From the human T2T-CHM13v2.0 reference genome, Homo sapiens: a DNA stretch of 64,000 nt. The stretch is from NCBI RefSeq assembly GCF_009914755.1, contig NC_060936.1. One strand, 5' to 3'. The notes under the pieces are model-generated. The model made no database searches. It was not told the DNA's origin and was given only the letters and a program-made list of their open reading frames with translations. How positions within the stretch are numbered: position 1 is the stretch's first letter; every line of letters starts with the position of its first letter. The translations under genes were made by a program, and so were the position numbers. This document shows positions 16,569 to 32,958 of the stretch, piece after piece.

Positions 16569-17151
16569 CTTTGCCATTATTTATCTAATTTAACCCTCAC
16601 AGCCATCCTCTGATATACATATGATTATCATCCCCACTTTGGGTCAGATCATAAAACCGAACCTTAAGGAGGTCAACTCACCTGCCAAAGGCCACACACA
16701 GGAAAGTGATAGAGCTGAGATTTACCCAGTTTTGTTGAGCTTCAGGTTTTAAAGCCAGAAAGATTTCTCTTTTAGAAAATGATAAAGAAAAGTTTTTTTA
16801 TTTTGAAAAATTGAACAAATAATAGATAAGAAGGAAAATTGTAAAAAGAGACAGTGATGACTAATGAAGATAAAGTTGTTTTGTAATCAGACAGACCCTG
16901 GTTTGTATTCTGACCCAGCCACCAATTGGCTGTGTCACTGTGGATTCAACACTTCTCTTATCTTTGTTTTTTATCTGTAAAAAGGAAGTTATGAGCATTA
17001 CACGAAATAAACACTGACATGAACAGATTCTCATTCAATGTTAGTTTGATTTTATTGAATAATATTAACAAATTACAGTATCTAATTATGCAGTTCATCA
17101 TCAGACACAAATAAGCACTTAATTTCTTTTTAATGATATAAAATCTTTTCT

Positions 17152-17493
<342 letters not shown>

Positions 17494-17699
17494 TCAGAAA
17501 TTTCAAAAATGTGGAGAAAAGGTTGGACATTTTGTTAGGGAAGTAAAAGCATATACATATAAAATTATATTTGTTCTGGAATATAAAATATGTTATTTGT
17601 ATTGCTCACTATAGATCTAGTGATTGTAAGAACTTATGTAGCATTTTATCAAGCCTCCATATCTCTTTGGAGACTTCAAAGACTTTAGAAAGGTATAGA

Positions 17700-18620
17700 T
17701 AATATCAAATGTTGGTCAAGATGGTAGTCAACAGGAACTCTCAAACATTGAGAGTAGGCATGTAATTTGGTACAACCATCTTGAAAAACTGTTTGGCCTT
17801 ATCTAGTAAAGCTAAAGATGTATAGATCCTAAGATCTAGCAATTCCAGTTGGAGGTATGAACCCTAGAAAGGCTTGCACTTTTGAGTCAGAAGATGTAGA
17901 CAACAAAACTCACAGCAGCACTGTTTGTAACAGAGAAAACTAAAAACAACGGAAATTACTATCCACAGTAAATAGAATGAATTACAGTAAATATGGTTAT
18001 ACAATGGAACCTTATGTTTGTGCAGTTTATTCAAGTGGTTGCATGTGGCCACAGTTCATTTTGTTCTCAATATATATAATATATAGATGATACATGTATG
18101 TGTGTATACATATATTTCATTGTGTGACTATACTACATTTAATTTTTCCATTCTGTTGTCATTTGACGTTTCAGTTTCAGATAGTTAGCTATTATGAAAG
18201 AGCTACTATGAACATCCTTGTTCATGTATTTTGGAGCATGTATATGAGCATTTCTGTTTATTATACGCCTAGAGGTAGAATTGCAGCAGAGTATGCTTGT
18301 TCAGCTTTAGTAGAGACTGCCAAACAATTTTCCATAGTGGTTGTACCAGTAGACAGGCCCAATATGTGAGGGTTTGCTTACTCCACAGCTTCACCAACAT
18401 TTGGTATTTTTTCATTTCAATACTTACTTTCATTTTCATTTTATATTTCATTTCAAAACTTTCATTTCAGTATTTTAGTTCATTTTGATGCATTTTCATT
18501 GTAGTCACTCTAGTGAGTGTATAGTGATATTGTACTATGGTTTCAACTTGTATTTTCCTTATGACTAATGAAATCGAAGACCTTTTAATATGTGTGTTGG
18601 TCATTTGATATGCTATTATT
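17700..18620. mobile_element. Old L1M fragments in opposing orientations (+ about 17700-18010, - about 18020-18620)
   Basis: caacaggaactctcaaacattg...gatctagcaattcca (+); gctactatgaacatccttgttcatg...actgccaaacaattttccatagtggttgtacc (-). Confidence 0.7.
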
Positions 18621-18633
18621 TTAAAGTAATAAA

Positions 18634-19569
18634 TATAGGGTCCAGACCTATGGGGCTTAGCGGGTGTTCTCTCCGTGTGTGGAAACGAGAGATCTAAGAA
18701 ATAAAGACACAAGACAAAGAGATAAAGAGAAGACAGCTGGGCCCGGGGGACCACTACCACCAAGACGCAGAGACCAGTAATGGCCCCGAATGGTTGGGCG
18801 TGCTGATATTTATCGTATACAAGACAACGGGGCAGGGTAAGGAGGGTGAGTCATCCAAGTGATTGATAAGGTCAAGCAAGTCACGTGATCATAGGACAGG
18901 GGGCCCTTCCCTTATAGGTAGCTGAAGCAGAGAGGGAAGACAGCATACATCAGCATTTTCTTCTATGCACTTATCAGAAAGATCAAAGACTTTAAGACTT
19001 TCACTATTTCTTCTACCACTATCTTCTAACAACTTCAAAGAGGAACCAGGAGTACGGGAGGAACATGAAAGTGGACAAGGAGCGTGACCACTGAAGCACA
19101 GCACCACAGGGAGGGGTTTAAGCCTCCGGATGACTGCGGGCAGGAATGGATAATATCCAACCTCCCACAAGAAGCTGGTGGAGCAGAGTGTTCCCTGAGT
19201 CCTCCAAGGAAAGGAAGACTCCCTTTCACAGTCTGCTAAGTAACAGGTGCTTTCCCAGGCACTGGCATTACCGCTTGACCAGGGAGCCCTCAAGTGGCCC
19301 TTATGTGGGCGTAAGAGAGGGCTCACCTCTTGCCTTCTTGGTCACTTCTCACAATGTCCCTTCAGCACCTGACCCTATACCCGCCGTTATTCCTTGGTTA
19401 TATTAGTAACACAACAAAGAGTAATATTAAAAGTTAATGATTAATAATGTCCACGATCATCTCTATATCTAATTTGTATTATAACTATTCTAACTGTTTT
19501 CTTTATTACACTGAAACAGTTTGTGCCTTCAGTTTCTTGCCTTGGCACCTGGGTAATCCTCCACCCACA
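18634..19569 (-). mobile_element. Full-length solo LTR13A-like element (HERV-K/HML group)
   Basis: Reverse complement starts tgtgggtggaggattacccaggtgccaaggcaagaaactgaaggcacaaactg; about 936 bp; 6-bp TSD AATAAA at 18628-18633 and 19570-19575. Confidence 0.85.
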
Positions 19570-19631
19570 AATAAATAAAGGATTATTGGAAAAATTACTT
19601 AATAAGATTGATTACGATCTATGTAAAGCAA

Positions 19632-20050
19632 TGTATCAGTGGACTGAGGCTTGGTTATCCTAACAGTGACACATGACTTGAGAATCTCAGTAGCTTAAGG
19701 CAAGGTTTAACTCTTGTTCTTGCTGCATGTCTATTTCCAACAGTCAGTGGGTCTGCTCCACATCAGCATCATTCTGGCAGCTTCTGTGAAGGGACAGCCT
19801 CAATATGGGGCATTGCTGGTCTCCAGGCAGAGAGAAAGGAGAGATGGCAACACAATGGGCCACACACAAGTTCTTAGAACTTTGGCTCAGAAGTGGCACA
19901 CACTTCACTTACACTCACATTTCATTGGCCAAAGGAGATCAGATGTCCAAGACTGATGTTAGTGAGTGGATTATATAATCTAAAGGCAAGGGCTTGTAGG
20001 AAGAGGCAGTCAATATTTGTGAACAAGAGAATGATCAGTAACATCTTTCT
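19632..20050 (-). mobile_element. Old MLT1 (J/K-like) LTR
   Basis: aatctcagtagcttaag...ctcacatttcattggccaaag motifs. Confidence 0.5.
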
Positions 20051-20143
20051 GCAGAGTAGGCTTATAAGAGTATTACTGTAGGATAGAGAAAACAAGCTGT
20101 GTGTCTGTGGGCTGTTGTCAACACATATATATACACTACACAC

Positions 20144-20501
<358 letters not shown>

Positions 20502-20642
20502 TAACAAAGATGCAGATTTCTGGCTTCTTTTGGAAATCCTAAGCTATAGCAAGAATCATTTGGAACTGAGTTGTAGCTGCCCTTCTGGTGGGATGTGCAC
20601 TCTCTGGTTTTCCATGACTGTATCTGCCTGTCTTCTCTGCAG

Positions 20643-20945
20643 CAGTGCCTTTCAAACATTTTTTACGTAGCTCACAATAAACAATACATTTTACATTGCT
20701 ACCAAGGACTCGCATGCATGTGTGTGTGTCTGCATTCATATATAGGTATAGATATGCATATACATATACATTCCAAAGTAAAATACATCAAGGAAACAGT
20801 GCTTACCATTACTCATTGAAATTGTCTGTTCTATTCTATCCTATTGTATTCTAGTACTTTTTTTTTTTTTTTAATGCTGGAATCAACTCCCTAAATTGAT
20901 TTCACAAACCACTTCTGGGTCATAGCCCATAGGTTGAAAACATGG
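20643..20945. mobile_element. hAT-Charlie non-autonomous element (Charlie4-like)
   Basis: Imperfect TIRs cagtgcctttcaaac / gttgaaaacatgg; aaattgatttcacaaaccac. Confidence 0.55.
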
Positions 20946-22689
20946 TTGTCTATCATGTTACTTGTCTGTTTCTCCTCTAAATGCTATTGGTTAGTTTTCT
21001 AGCCTGGATTCCTGTCTAAGCCCTTTAGGGTTTCAGGACAATTCACTGTGTGGGTGAGCAGCATCTGCTTCCCTTCACTTAAACCTGGGCAATTACTGGT
21101 TTTGCCCAAGGGTCTTAAAACTTAAACTGCTTGAATATCTGGCAGTTTCCCCGCTGACTTTTCCCTTGTCTGATTTCCTATTTCAATAAAAATAGCCTTG
21201 TAGGCGAATATGCCACTGATTCGGAGAATCTCAGTTTCCTGACTGGGCTAGGCAATCAAGGGCAAATGAAAGTGAGTCCTGTTGTACAGGAAGGAGAGTT
21301 CTCAGATGATGAGGATGGTCATGGGGACTTTGTTACCGAAGGAGGCCCAAGCTCATGATTTCACAGGATTGATTCCTCCATCTCACTGATCATTTAACAA
21401 ATACTTATGGATGACCCATGTGCCAGACCCTGTGCTAGGGAACTCATCCAAAACTTACAAAAATTTCTCCTAGATGCACAGACGATGAATAGTAATTACC
21501 TCTTCCTGTGTTTTACCCTTCCTATTTCTTCTTTTCTTCCCTTGACCCAGAAATTCATCAATTGCCCTAGGGCTGTTCCGGCTTAGTGCTTGTTGGTCAG
21601 TTGGATGTGCCCTTCTGCTCAGGTCTTTGTGGGCTCTCACTGGTGTTCGTATGCATATAGAATGGATGTCTGCATCACATTGTAGGGACAGTGTATGGGG
21701 ATGTGAAGACAATAAGTGAAAGTCTGCCGCCCACTAAGACACAAGCAGCATTGCTATAAACTCCAGTGGAAAAAGGTGATATTATAGGGAAGGAAAACCG
21801 TATTGTCATATTTTCATGGAATTCAGTGAATTGCATTTTGAGGACCAGTGCCATTTTGATGCTGGAGGATTCCACCACCTTTGTGGTGTTGTTTCCTGGA
21901 AGAGATTCTACTACTGAAGTGGTGTTGGCAGCAGGTGTACCCAGCAAAATCAGGTAGCAAGGCCTGGTGGAACTTGGCAGAAAGGAGCTCACTGGGGCCA
22001 TCAGAGACAGTAGTGAGGCCCCCTTGTGCCAGTTAGGGGGCAGCAGAGACCCAAAAGTGGATTTTACCAGAAAGGGTTGAAGCAGGAGAGGAAGGAAATG
22101 GCGAATGCCTTGACAGGCCATGTTTGTGAGTCCAGGAAGACAACTCATGGGAGCTCTCAGAAATAATTGTGGGGTGAGGTGAGTGCATACTTGGATAGAG
22201 ATGTTACAGTACCTGACAGGGGCAAGACCCAGTAATATATGGGTTGTTACTATTAAACGTGACCCCATTTTAAGTCGTGGGTTTATATAACAAGGTTATT
22301 TATGCTTGTTATATGCTTTATGTGCATTACCTATAAATGTCCTTAAACTTTTATCACAGTGCAAATGCAGCTCATTACCAGAATCCGTGAGCACTGTCTT
22401 CAAACCCTCCCCATTGCCTTGACATTGGCTTTTTCTTAATTCTGTCTCTTTTTTTGGCCACTCTGCTCTTGATCTTGTGTCTACATCTGAGCCTGAAATT
22501 GGAGAGTCCTTGGCTACTCTATAATCTGAGTCTTCTACTTCCTGCTTTCCCTATTCAGTCTCCCATTTCCTTCTCCAGCCCCATCCCTGGTACTAGCAAG
22601 TCCCTCCCTGATGTCTTCACCATCCGTTCCTTTCAGACACCTGCCACCCTTCACATTAGCAAAATGACAAAAAATAAGAATAAATAAGG

Positions 22690-23787
<1,098 letters not shown>

Positions 23788-24229
23788 TTACAGAAAAGAA
23801 TGTGAGAACATGTTTCAAGTATTAACAAATAAAAGAATGCATGCTAAATAATTATTTGCAACACATCATAGAGCCAGTTCTCACCTGGCAATAAGGTACT
23901 CCAAAAGTTCATTCATAAGTAAATTGAGACTCAGAATGCATATTTTTCCTGCAGGAGTCATGTGATATATTATGGATGTTTTCAAATATTAATCCATAAT
24001 AATCATTTTAAGTTAATCATATGCGGACTATAGTTTTCTTGAAGCGAGGGATTGTTCTACACGTATTTAAGTCTTGCTGTCTAGCAGAGTGCTTTGCATG
24101 GGTAGGGCCTCCAATAAATGCTTGATGAGTAGTAGTTCATTAAAAAATTCTTTAAAATTTTTTTTACCACAAAACATCTGCAAGTAGAGTAGTTCATTTT
24201 TTAAAGCACCATACACTAATATTTAATAG

Positions 24230-24470
24230 CAGCTGTTTTAGAGTCAGATTGCAAGGCTTCAGATCCTGGCTCTGCCACTTACAGAATGCAAATCATTAAG
24301 CAAATTTACATAATCTCTGTGTGCTTCAATTTATTTGTCTATAAAATTGTGATATTAATACCTATCTCACAATGCTGTTGTGAGGAGTAAATGAATTATT
24401 ATGTACTAAATACTTAGAACATTACTTGCATGTACGGATTCAATAAATCTTAAATATTGTTATTAGCTCT
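24230..24470 (+). mobile_element. MIR, with L2 3' fragments on either side
   Basis: atcctggctctgccacttac...gttgtgaggagtaaatga. Confidence 0.75.
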
Positions 24471-24702
24471 TAAGTATATCTCCTCAACTAAATTATAAAC
24501 TCTGAGGAAGAGGCAAGATCCTATCCTTTTTAAAATCCCGGCATCTACACAATTTCTTGCATATTGTGTGCACTCAGTGAGTATTTGTTGAACTACTAAA
24601 AGGAATGAATGATTGGCTATATGTTTACAATACCTTCTCCATAAAAAATACATATAGAATTGATAACATTCTAACATTTGTTACAGTAAAAAATGTTTTT
24701 AG

Positions 24703-25012
<310 letters not shown>

Positions 25013-25636
25013 TAGAATTTTTAAGATGTCAGAGCAAAAAGGAAATTATTACCAGTGTGAAATTCTTCACTATATTTTAGCCCCTAAGAGGCAGAGACCT
25101 TGTCCTGTTTCTTTGTAACTGCTGCATTTTGCGTGATGTTTTGCAGAATAGGCATGTGCGACCTTGTACACAGAAAGGGCTTAAGCAAATCCTTATGCAG
25201 ATTCCTGGAGTTATTTTTCTGTGCTGGTCGCTCCTTTCCAGAATTCTACTCTGCAACTTCCAGCTGCCTTAGCCTTCTGAACTCAGAGCCCCCTCTCCTT
25301 ACCTCCACGAGGCCTCTGGGGTCTCTGGGTTTCCCCTTCTTGCACTTGCAGTTTATACATTGCCTCCAAGCAGAAGGCCCAGGTGTTTCTCATGCTCATC
25401 CCATCTGTTTCCCCTCTAACAGAGATTAGTCTTACAAGGCCTCGTGTTCAGTCTGAAAACAGCTGCTTCCTGTACTTCGTTCAGTTCTCTAATTGCTCAC
25501 AATAAAAAGCTAAGTCCTTTCTTACTTCATCATGGCTAGAAGCAGTTCCCATGCGAATGTCTTGGTTAAAGGAGAAAAATGTATAAGGTAACTATAAACT
25601 AAGACTTTCACATCAATTCAGTTGGTTCTTTTGTTA

Positions 25637-25970
<334 letters not shown>

Positions 25971-26823
25971 ATTACAGTATAATTTTTCTGTGTTGAAGAG
26001 CTTCTGCTGGACAAATTTTCAGTCTTGGTCGGCAGTTTAACTCAAGAACAGACTCTTCTATCTTCACTTCCAGCTTACATAAATTAGAATGGAGAAGAGA
26101 ATTCTAAAGTATAAAGAATGTACACTGTTCTCTGCCCCAATTACACATCTGTCTCACGGCTTGTTAGGCAGCATGATGAATAAGCGTGTCATCTCTCTCC
26201 ATTTATTTGTGCATCCATTTTTATATCCATAGTCTATAGAGACTTTCATTGCTTCTCACAAATTTGTTTAAACTTTTAATAGTGATATATACAGACTTCC
26301 TCATCTAAGCACAGACACGATTTCTATTTAGGTCATTTCTGTGCAGTCACTTCCTCTTCCTAGGTCATAGCCCTGTAGTTCTATCATACATAGACTGTCT
26401 ATTTTAATAGAAACCTGCAGCAATGGTGGAAGGAGGGGAACGGGAGTCATTTCATCAGAAAGATGCATTGTATCTACTGGAGAATTTTCTTGTCTTAGAA
26501 ACACTAGAAATTATATTTTCTGGAAATTTCAAATTTTACTAAAATGTGGTCATTGTCAATTATGTAACAGGGGCTTTCCTTTTCAATATAGCGACTATCA
26601 GTAATAGTGCTGGAAATATGATAACAGGCCACATTCTAAAAATTCATTTCCTCTTTAATTAGGACCTAACTCTTGGAAACTCCTTCATGTGAGCTGCCAC
26701 AACATCATCTAAAAGCAAACTGCCAAAAAATCATCTTAAACCGCATCATCTAAAAGTTATTTTGGCAAAATGCATGGTCTCAAATGGAAGATAATGACAG
26801 CTAAGATAGAATTTAGAATGAGC

Positions 26824-27094
<271 letters not shown>

Positions 27095-27224
27095 TTAGAA
27101 TGAGCACGAAGTTAATGAATAATACCTCAGTCACATTCTAGTAAGAAACCATTCCTCCTTGTGGGAATTAGAGCCCTGCCCCCAGAACCCTGGCTCTGAG
27201 GTTTGACTTCTGTTATGTACTGAC

Positions 27225-27470
27225 AGTCCCCATTACGCTCATGGTTCCATGGTGCCAGCACAGGAGTGGCTGATGACAGAGGCTGACATGTCATGCACAT
27301 CATTCTGTCTATCTCATTGTTTAGTGTCTCTTCCTTGGTAAATGCTCTCTGATAGGTGTTACCATGCAATCGAAAGATCACACACCTGATACTACTATGT
27401 GTCTATCCATTTGCCTCTTTCCTAGACATCTTATCCCTAGCCTTTCAAACTTTCTCCTTCTGGATCCCTG
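27225..27470 (-). mobile_element. ERVL-class internal pol fragment (RNase H / integrase junction)
   Basis: Minus-strand IFRLHGNTYQRAFTKEETLNNEIDRM..QPLSSATPVLAPWNHE resembles recalled ERVL pol IFVSHVNAHQRA..EEALNNQVDKM..QPLSPATPVLAQWAHE. Confidence 0.7.
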
Positions 27471-28033
27471 CATATGTACACAGTGTATACAATGAACTGT
27501 AATTAAATAAACTACATAATTTACTTATTGATTAGGTCTCTTTTAAACTATTTCTTGTGAGTTCAAGAAAGCAGAGATCTTTGTAGTTTTTTTGTTTTGT
27601 ATTTTAATTACTACTGTATCCCTAGCACTTATAATAGTGTGTGGCAGAGAACAAGTACTCAGTAAATAGTTGCTGGGTGAATCCATACTAAATATAAATC
27701 TTTGTCAATTAGTATATGTGTGAGAAATATCTATTCCTAGTTAGAGGCTGGTCTTTTCATTTACTTTATTGTAAATGATGTTTGAATGAACAGAAGTATG
27801 GAATTTTAATGTAGTTAAATTTATCAATCCTTATTAAGCTATTTTTTTGTTTCTTATTTAAGAAATTCTCTGCTGCAAAGTGATAAATATGTTCTGGTAT
27901 ATTTTCTTCTAACCCATCTTTCCCCCACTGATCTGCAATGACATTTTTGTTGTTAATTAACTTTTATTACCAGTGAATCTGTTTCTAGGCTCTCTATTTT
28001 GTTTCATTGTCTGACTATCCTTTTTAAAATAAG

Positions 28034-28317
28034 TTTTTTTAGAGACAGGGTCTAACTCTGTTGCCCAGGCTGGAGTGCAGTGGCACAATCATGGCTCACT
28101 ACACCCTCTAACTCCTGGGCTCAAGTGATCCGCCGCAGCCTCCTGAGTCACTGGGACTACAGGCATGGGCCATCACTTCTGGCTAATTTAAAAAGTGTTT
28201 TTTTTGAAGAAATGGTGTCTTACTGTGTAGCCCAGACTGGCCTCAAACTCCTGGCCTTCCTCCCACCTCAGTGTCCCAAAGCACTGGGATTACAGGTGTG
28301 AGCCACTGCACCCAGCC
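28034..28317 (-). mobile_element. AluJ
   Basis: Alu consensus. Confidence 0.92.
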
Positions 28318-28386
28318 TATCCTATTTATTTTTATTTACCATTATTTATTTTTAATTGCTGGACAGTTTGACAAGTCCAGTTTGAG

Positions 28387-28575
28387 CTAGTTATGTATCA
28401 CATCCCATTTGCAAGGGTTGTTTGTCTTGTTCAAAGGACAATGAGTACAACCAATGTCAACAGAAGTTGTTTTTCTTCCTTCGAAGAGAAGGGATGCGCC
28501 AGGATGGAGAGTGCCTGCATTCCTGCCCATCAGGGTACTATGGACACTGAGCCCCAGATATGAACAGATGTGCAA
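28387..28575 (+). pseudogene. Isolated pseudogenised copy of the RSPO2 exon encoding furin-like repeat 1
   Basis: Frame from 28386 reads ASYVSHPICKGCLSCSKDNEYNQCQQKLFFFLRREGMRQDGECLHSCPSGYYGH*APDMNRCA; recalled RSPO2 is ASYVSNPICKGCLSCSKDNGCSRCQQKLFFFLRREGMRQYGECLHSCPSGYYGHRAPDMNRCA. In-frame TGA at 28548-28550. Confidence 0.9.
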
Positions 28576-28733
28576 CTTCTCTCGGAGAAAACAAAATAAA
28601 AAATACGTCATTGGTCCATGTTCAACTGCCCATCGTAAAAAAGAAATACATCATTGGATAAGCAACTTCATTCAAAAGTCAGTGCCACAGCAAGCAAGAA
28701 ATTAGAAGCTTGTAAAAATAAGATGGAATTTTG

Positions 28734-29146
<413 letters not shown>

Positions 29147-29189
29147 TCAACCGTTGCAAGTGGATTTTTCTTCTTTGGACTACTTGTCA

Positions 29190-29335
29190 AACTGTAGTGT
29201 GAATCAGAGGAGTTTAATACAGATTGCTGAAGTTTTTGATTTGTAGGTCTGGGATGGGACTTGAGAATTTGCTTTTTTCCAAGTTCCCATGTGATGTTGA
29301 TACTGCTGGTTCTGGGACCACATTTTGAGAAACTT
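29190..29335. mobile_element. MER5A fragment
   Basis: gtaggtctgggatgggacttgagaatttgc...caagttccc...gatactgctggttctgggaccacattttgagaa. Confidence 0.75.
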
Positions 29336-30066
29336 TGTTGTCAATAATGTGCCCACAGCTGCATTATTTTTTTTTTATTTTCCCAAGAATTAATGTCATC
29401 AGATTTAAATAGTAGTATATATTAATACTGAATGACAAGTTAGAAAGATAGATTTGTTTAAAAGATAATATTGGAAATAGGCACATGAATATTTTGAACT
29501 TAAAATAAATGTTTCAGTGATTTTTATTAAAGTAATATGAATATTGTCCTCCAAAACTTTGATGATAGAGTTTTGTTTCTTTAATGTGAATTACTTTCTT
29601 ACATTGTGAAAACTTAGAGCATATTCTTCCTCAGGCCTAAGTACTGTATAGGAACTATTAAGTGAGAACTTTAACAGTAATTCTCCATATGCAAAAAAGC
29701 ATTTTTACTAGTCTGTACTTAACAACTTGCAAATTTGCTTTTATCCAAAAGGAAGAGAATTAGAGAAATGATTTTAGTAAGAAATGCTAAAATCAAAAAG
29801 ATAGGTAAATATTTAAGGAATCATTGTAGTATTCCCAACAGTTTTATAGATGAAATTTTAAGTTCTCTGGGTTATAACTTGCTTTCTGATGCCATTATAA
29901 ACCTGATGGCTGAGACACTGGTCGATCACCCATTAGGAATATATGCTAAAATTGTTGCTTTCAGTTTTTAAAATATGGCTTAATTTTATGTTTGCTTAAA
30001 ATTGGTTTGTTTTGGCCTGGTAATATCTCGGGTCCCACACATATGATCATTCACAATTATCATATC

Positions 30067-30356
30067 GGGCTGAGCAGGGTGGCTCACGCTTGTAATCCCA
30101 GCACTTTGGAAGGCCGAGGTAGACAGATCACATGAGTTTGGGCCCAGCCTGGCCAACGTAGCAAAACCCCATCTCTACTAACAATAAAAAAATTAGCCAG
30201 GCGTGGTGGCACGTACCTATAGTCCCAGCTACTCGGGAGGCCGAGGCAGGAGAATTGCTGAACCCAGGAGGCGGATGTTGCAGTGAGCCAAGATGGCACC
30301 ACTGCTCTCCAGCCTGAGCGACAAAGCCAGACTCCCTCTAAAAAAAAAAAAAAAAA
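30067..30356 (+). mobile_element. AluS
   Basis: Alu consensus. Confidence 0.93.
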
Positions 30357-31587
30357 TTATTATTATTTAGTTTTATCTTCTCTATCTGTTAATGAGAGAG
30401 ACTAAAATAATGATGAAGAAAACATTTTAATATGGTATATGAATAGTAATAAAATAATATAATAAGATGTATCTCCAAAATCTGAATCTAATGGTACTAT
30501 ATTCGTATTATAGCTGATTCTTTACAAAAAGCAGTCTTGGCTTACTGGAAAATTCACATTTTAAAAGTCGATCAGTTTCATTTTTTCTGGAGAATGTTAG
30601 CTTTACTGAAAGTATAAAAGTTTCGTTGTTGTAGACACCAGGTCCTAATAAAAACAAGTAAAAGAAGAAAAAGTTTGTTATGGGTGGAACTGATTAAGTG
30701 AGGTACCACTGAAGAATTAAAGATATCTCACACATACTTTGATTAATTAAATGGTGAATAAGAACTTGTTTTAATCTCATTATTCAAGTCACTAAAATGT
30801 TAAACAGGTAAGACAAAAAGGCAATTATTACAAGTTTTTACGTAAAACTATGATAAGATTTTTTAAAAAGTGAAACACCACCCATACACACTGAATTCAT
30901 TTGGCTGGTATTGATTCTGAATATGTATTTTATAATATTTCATTGGCCTTGACCCACAAACTAAACACAGACATTTTCTCAATTAGTCATTTTCAGGTTT
31001 ATTGCCTAAGATGCTAATTGAAATTCAGGGCAGGCAAAAATACATCATTGGCCTTTGTATATCTTTGAAAGGCCTTCTGATGGGACCTTGCTCCGTATAA
31101 AGGCTTCTCTTCTCTGCAAACTGAAAGGGACCCTGTGTGTGAAGTGTGTTCAGTGGGGTCTTCAAGGAACAACATAGAGAGCAGCCGCTGGCCAGCCGGA
31201 AGCCACCATGCGCTGTCCTCAACAGAGCAGCTCCAGGCTGTATGACCCCCAGGCAATTAGGCACCAAAAGAAGATGCTCACACTTTCCAAAATTCTTTCC
31301 CAGGGCTGGGGGAAGGGAGCCAGACTTGGAGCCCCTATGTGGAACTTAGTCTCCAAGGAAAGAAAGCATGTTCTCATCCTACAAACACTCCATTTTCTCC
31401 CTGAATTAGTGTCCTTTCTTTGAACCAGATGAGACTTCGCTCAGAGCTGGAGGCTATGGCCCCTTAGTTCTGTTTCCACAGTGCTTCCAGCCCTCTCCCC
31501 AGTTTGGAGGCCCCCAAAATGAGGCGCTTATCTCTTTGATTTTGTGAAAGAAAATGCACAGTTCGTCTATTTGGGGCTTCTGAAAGA

Positions 31588-32012
31588 TGTTAGGCCCTGA
31601 AGAAGGTTGACTGGGAGACTGAGTGGGGAGTGACAGACCATGACCTTAATTACTGACCTTTTGTTATAGATTAACTTCCTTCCTATTTTATTGTTCCTGG
31701 CCCAGACCAGATAGCACTTGAGATAAAAGATCCCTTGATTATTACATCCTTAATGTGGAATGTTAAATACTCCCTTCCCCCAAGGAATCACTGCCTAAAA
31801 CCAGTCAGATTGCTGCGACTGTGCACTAACCTTGTGTGGAAAATGCTGTCATCCTGTTAAGCTTCCCCATACCGTGCCTGTATAAACAATCCTCAAACCT
31901 CGCTGCTTCAGAGCACTAACCCCATCTTTTTGGAGTCCTCCTGGGTGACCCTCCTCAAACTTTGTGCTCAGTATTTTAATCCTATTGCCTGGATCTCGAT
32001 TTAAAGTTGATA
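31588..32012 (+). mobile_element. Old ERV1-type LTR (MER34/MER4-group-like)
   Basis: TG start, TATAAA near 31881, LTR-like end tttaaagttgata. Family uncertain. Confidence 0.45.
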
Positions 32013-32401
32013 ATTTTCAGAGAATTCTTCATTTTCTCTTTGCATATTTTATTGTTTCCTTTCCATCTGTTTTTCTTTTACTTACTGCCTGAAGCCAAGA
32101 GACAATGTCAAGGTGTCTTAGTGAAAGGAGCTCATACTTAAGGGTTCCTGGGTCAAAACCTACATCTCTCATTTCTTAGCTCTATGATCTACCTGTTTCC
32201 TTAATCTCTCTGGGCCTCAGTTTACCCATTATTGTAGTAAAACATGTACTACAAGTTACTTTTTATTTAACTACTTATGCCATATTTAATTCCCAACCAC
32301 TAATATTACATATTAGTTATATATTGTTAAATCATAATGTTCTTTCACTATTTCTTTTATGACTGAGAAATTTCTTTTCAATGTATAAATCATATACATG
32401 T

Positions 32402-32958
32402 TGCTCCTGGACAAAACTGAGGGTCAGGCTGCTACTTCTCCTGGCCCAATAATGAGATGCAGACAAACTGGGGAAGAGAGGTTTTATTTTTGCATTTGGT
32501 TACAGGGAGAAGGCCTAGAAATTGTCACCACACCAACTCAAAATTACAAAGTTTTCCAGAGCTTATAAACCTTCCAAGCTGTATGTCTACATATAAGTGT
32601 GCATTCATCTAAAGACATAAGTGATTAACTTCTTTTAATCTATAACTAAGATCTGAGTCCTGAAGACCTTTCTCTGGAGCCTCAGTAAATTTACTTAATC
32701 TAAATGGGTCCAGGTGCTAGGGTGATTACCCTTATCTTGTCTCCTGCTAAATCACAGAGGTTTGGGGAGTTCCTTCAGACCTCCAATAAACTTGTGTGTG
32801 GAGGCCTGGGGAATTTCTTCAGACTGACAATAAAACTTGTTTATTCCAGTCTGGCCAACATGGTGAAACCCTGTCTCTACTAAAAATACCAAAAAGTTAG
32901 CTGGGCGTGGTGACGTGCACCTGTAATCTCAGCTACTAGTGAGACCTGGCCTGCCACA
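32402..32958 (-). mobile_element. ERV1 solo LTR (PABL_A-like) with an internal segment replaced by an Alu fragment
   Basis: Reverse complement starts tgtggcaggccaggtctcacta; 4-bp TSD ATGT at 32398-32401 and 32959-32962; Alu sequence at 32846-32937. Confidence 0.75.

Noticed and set aside
21675-22268. Longest ORF (197 aa, minus strand)
   Set aside because: No recognisable domain or splice structure; an ORF of this length can arise by chance in 64 kb.
22274-22303. 10-bp stem hairpin atataacaag / cttgttatat
   Set aside because: Short and AT-rich; too small for a pre-miRNA and expected by chance.
28366-28580. Exonisation of the RSPO2 copy into BICD1 mRNA
   Set aside because: AG is present but the polypyrimidine tract is poor, there is no GT donor, and the phase does not match the BICD1 intron.
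28454-28705. 83-aa ORF overlapping the RSPO2-like segment
   Set aside because: It is a different frame from the RSPO2-homologous one, which is broken by a stop.
31202-31423. 71-aa ORF with GCCACCATG Kozak context and a nearby CCGGAAG ETS motif
   Set aside because: No promoter or CpG island evidence and no recognisable peptide; a single motif match is weak.
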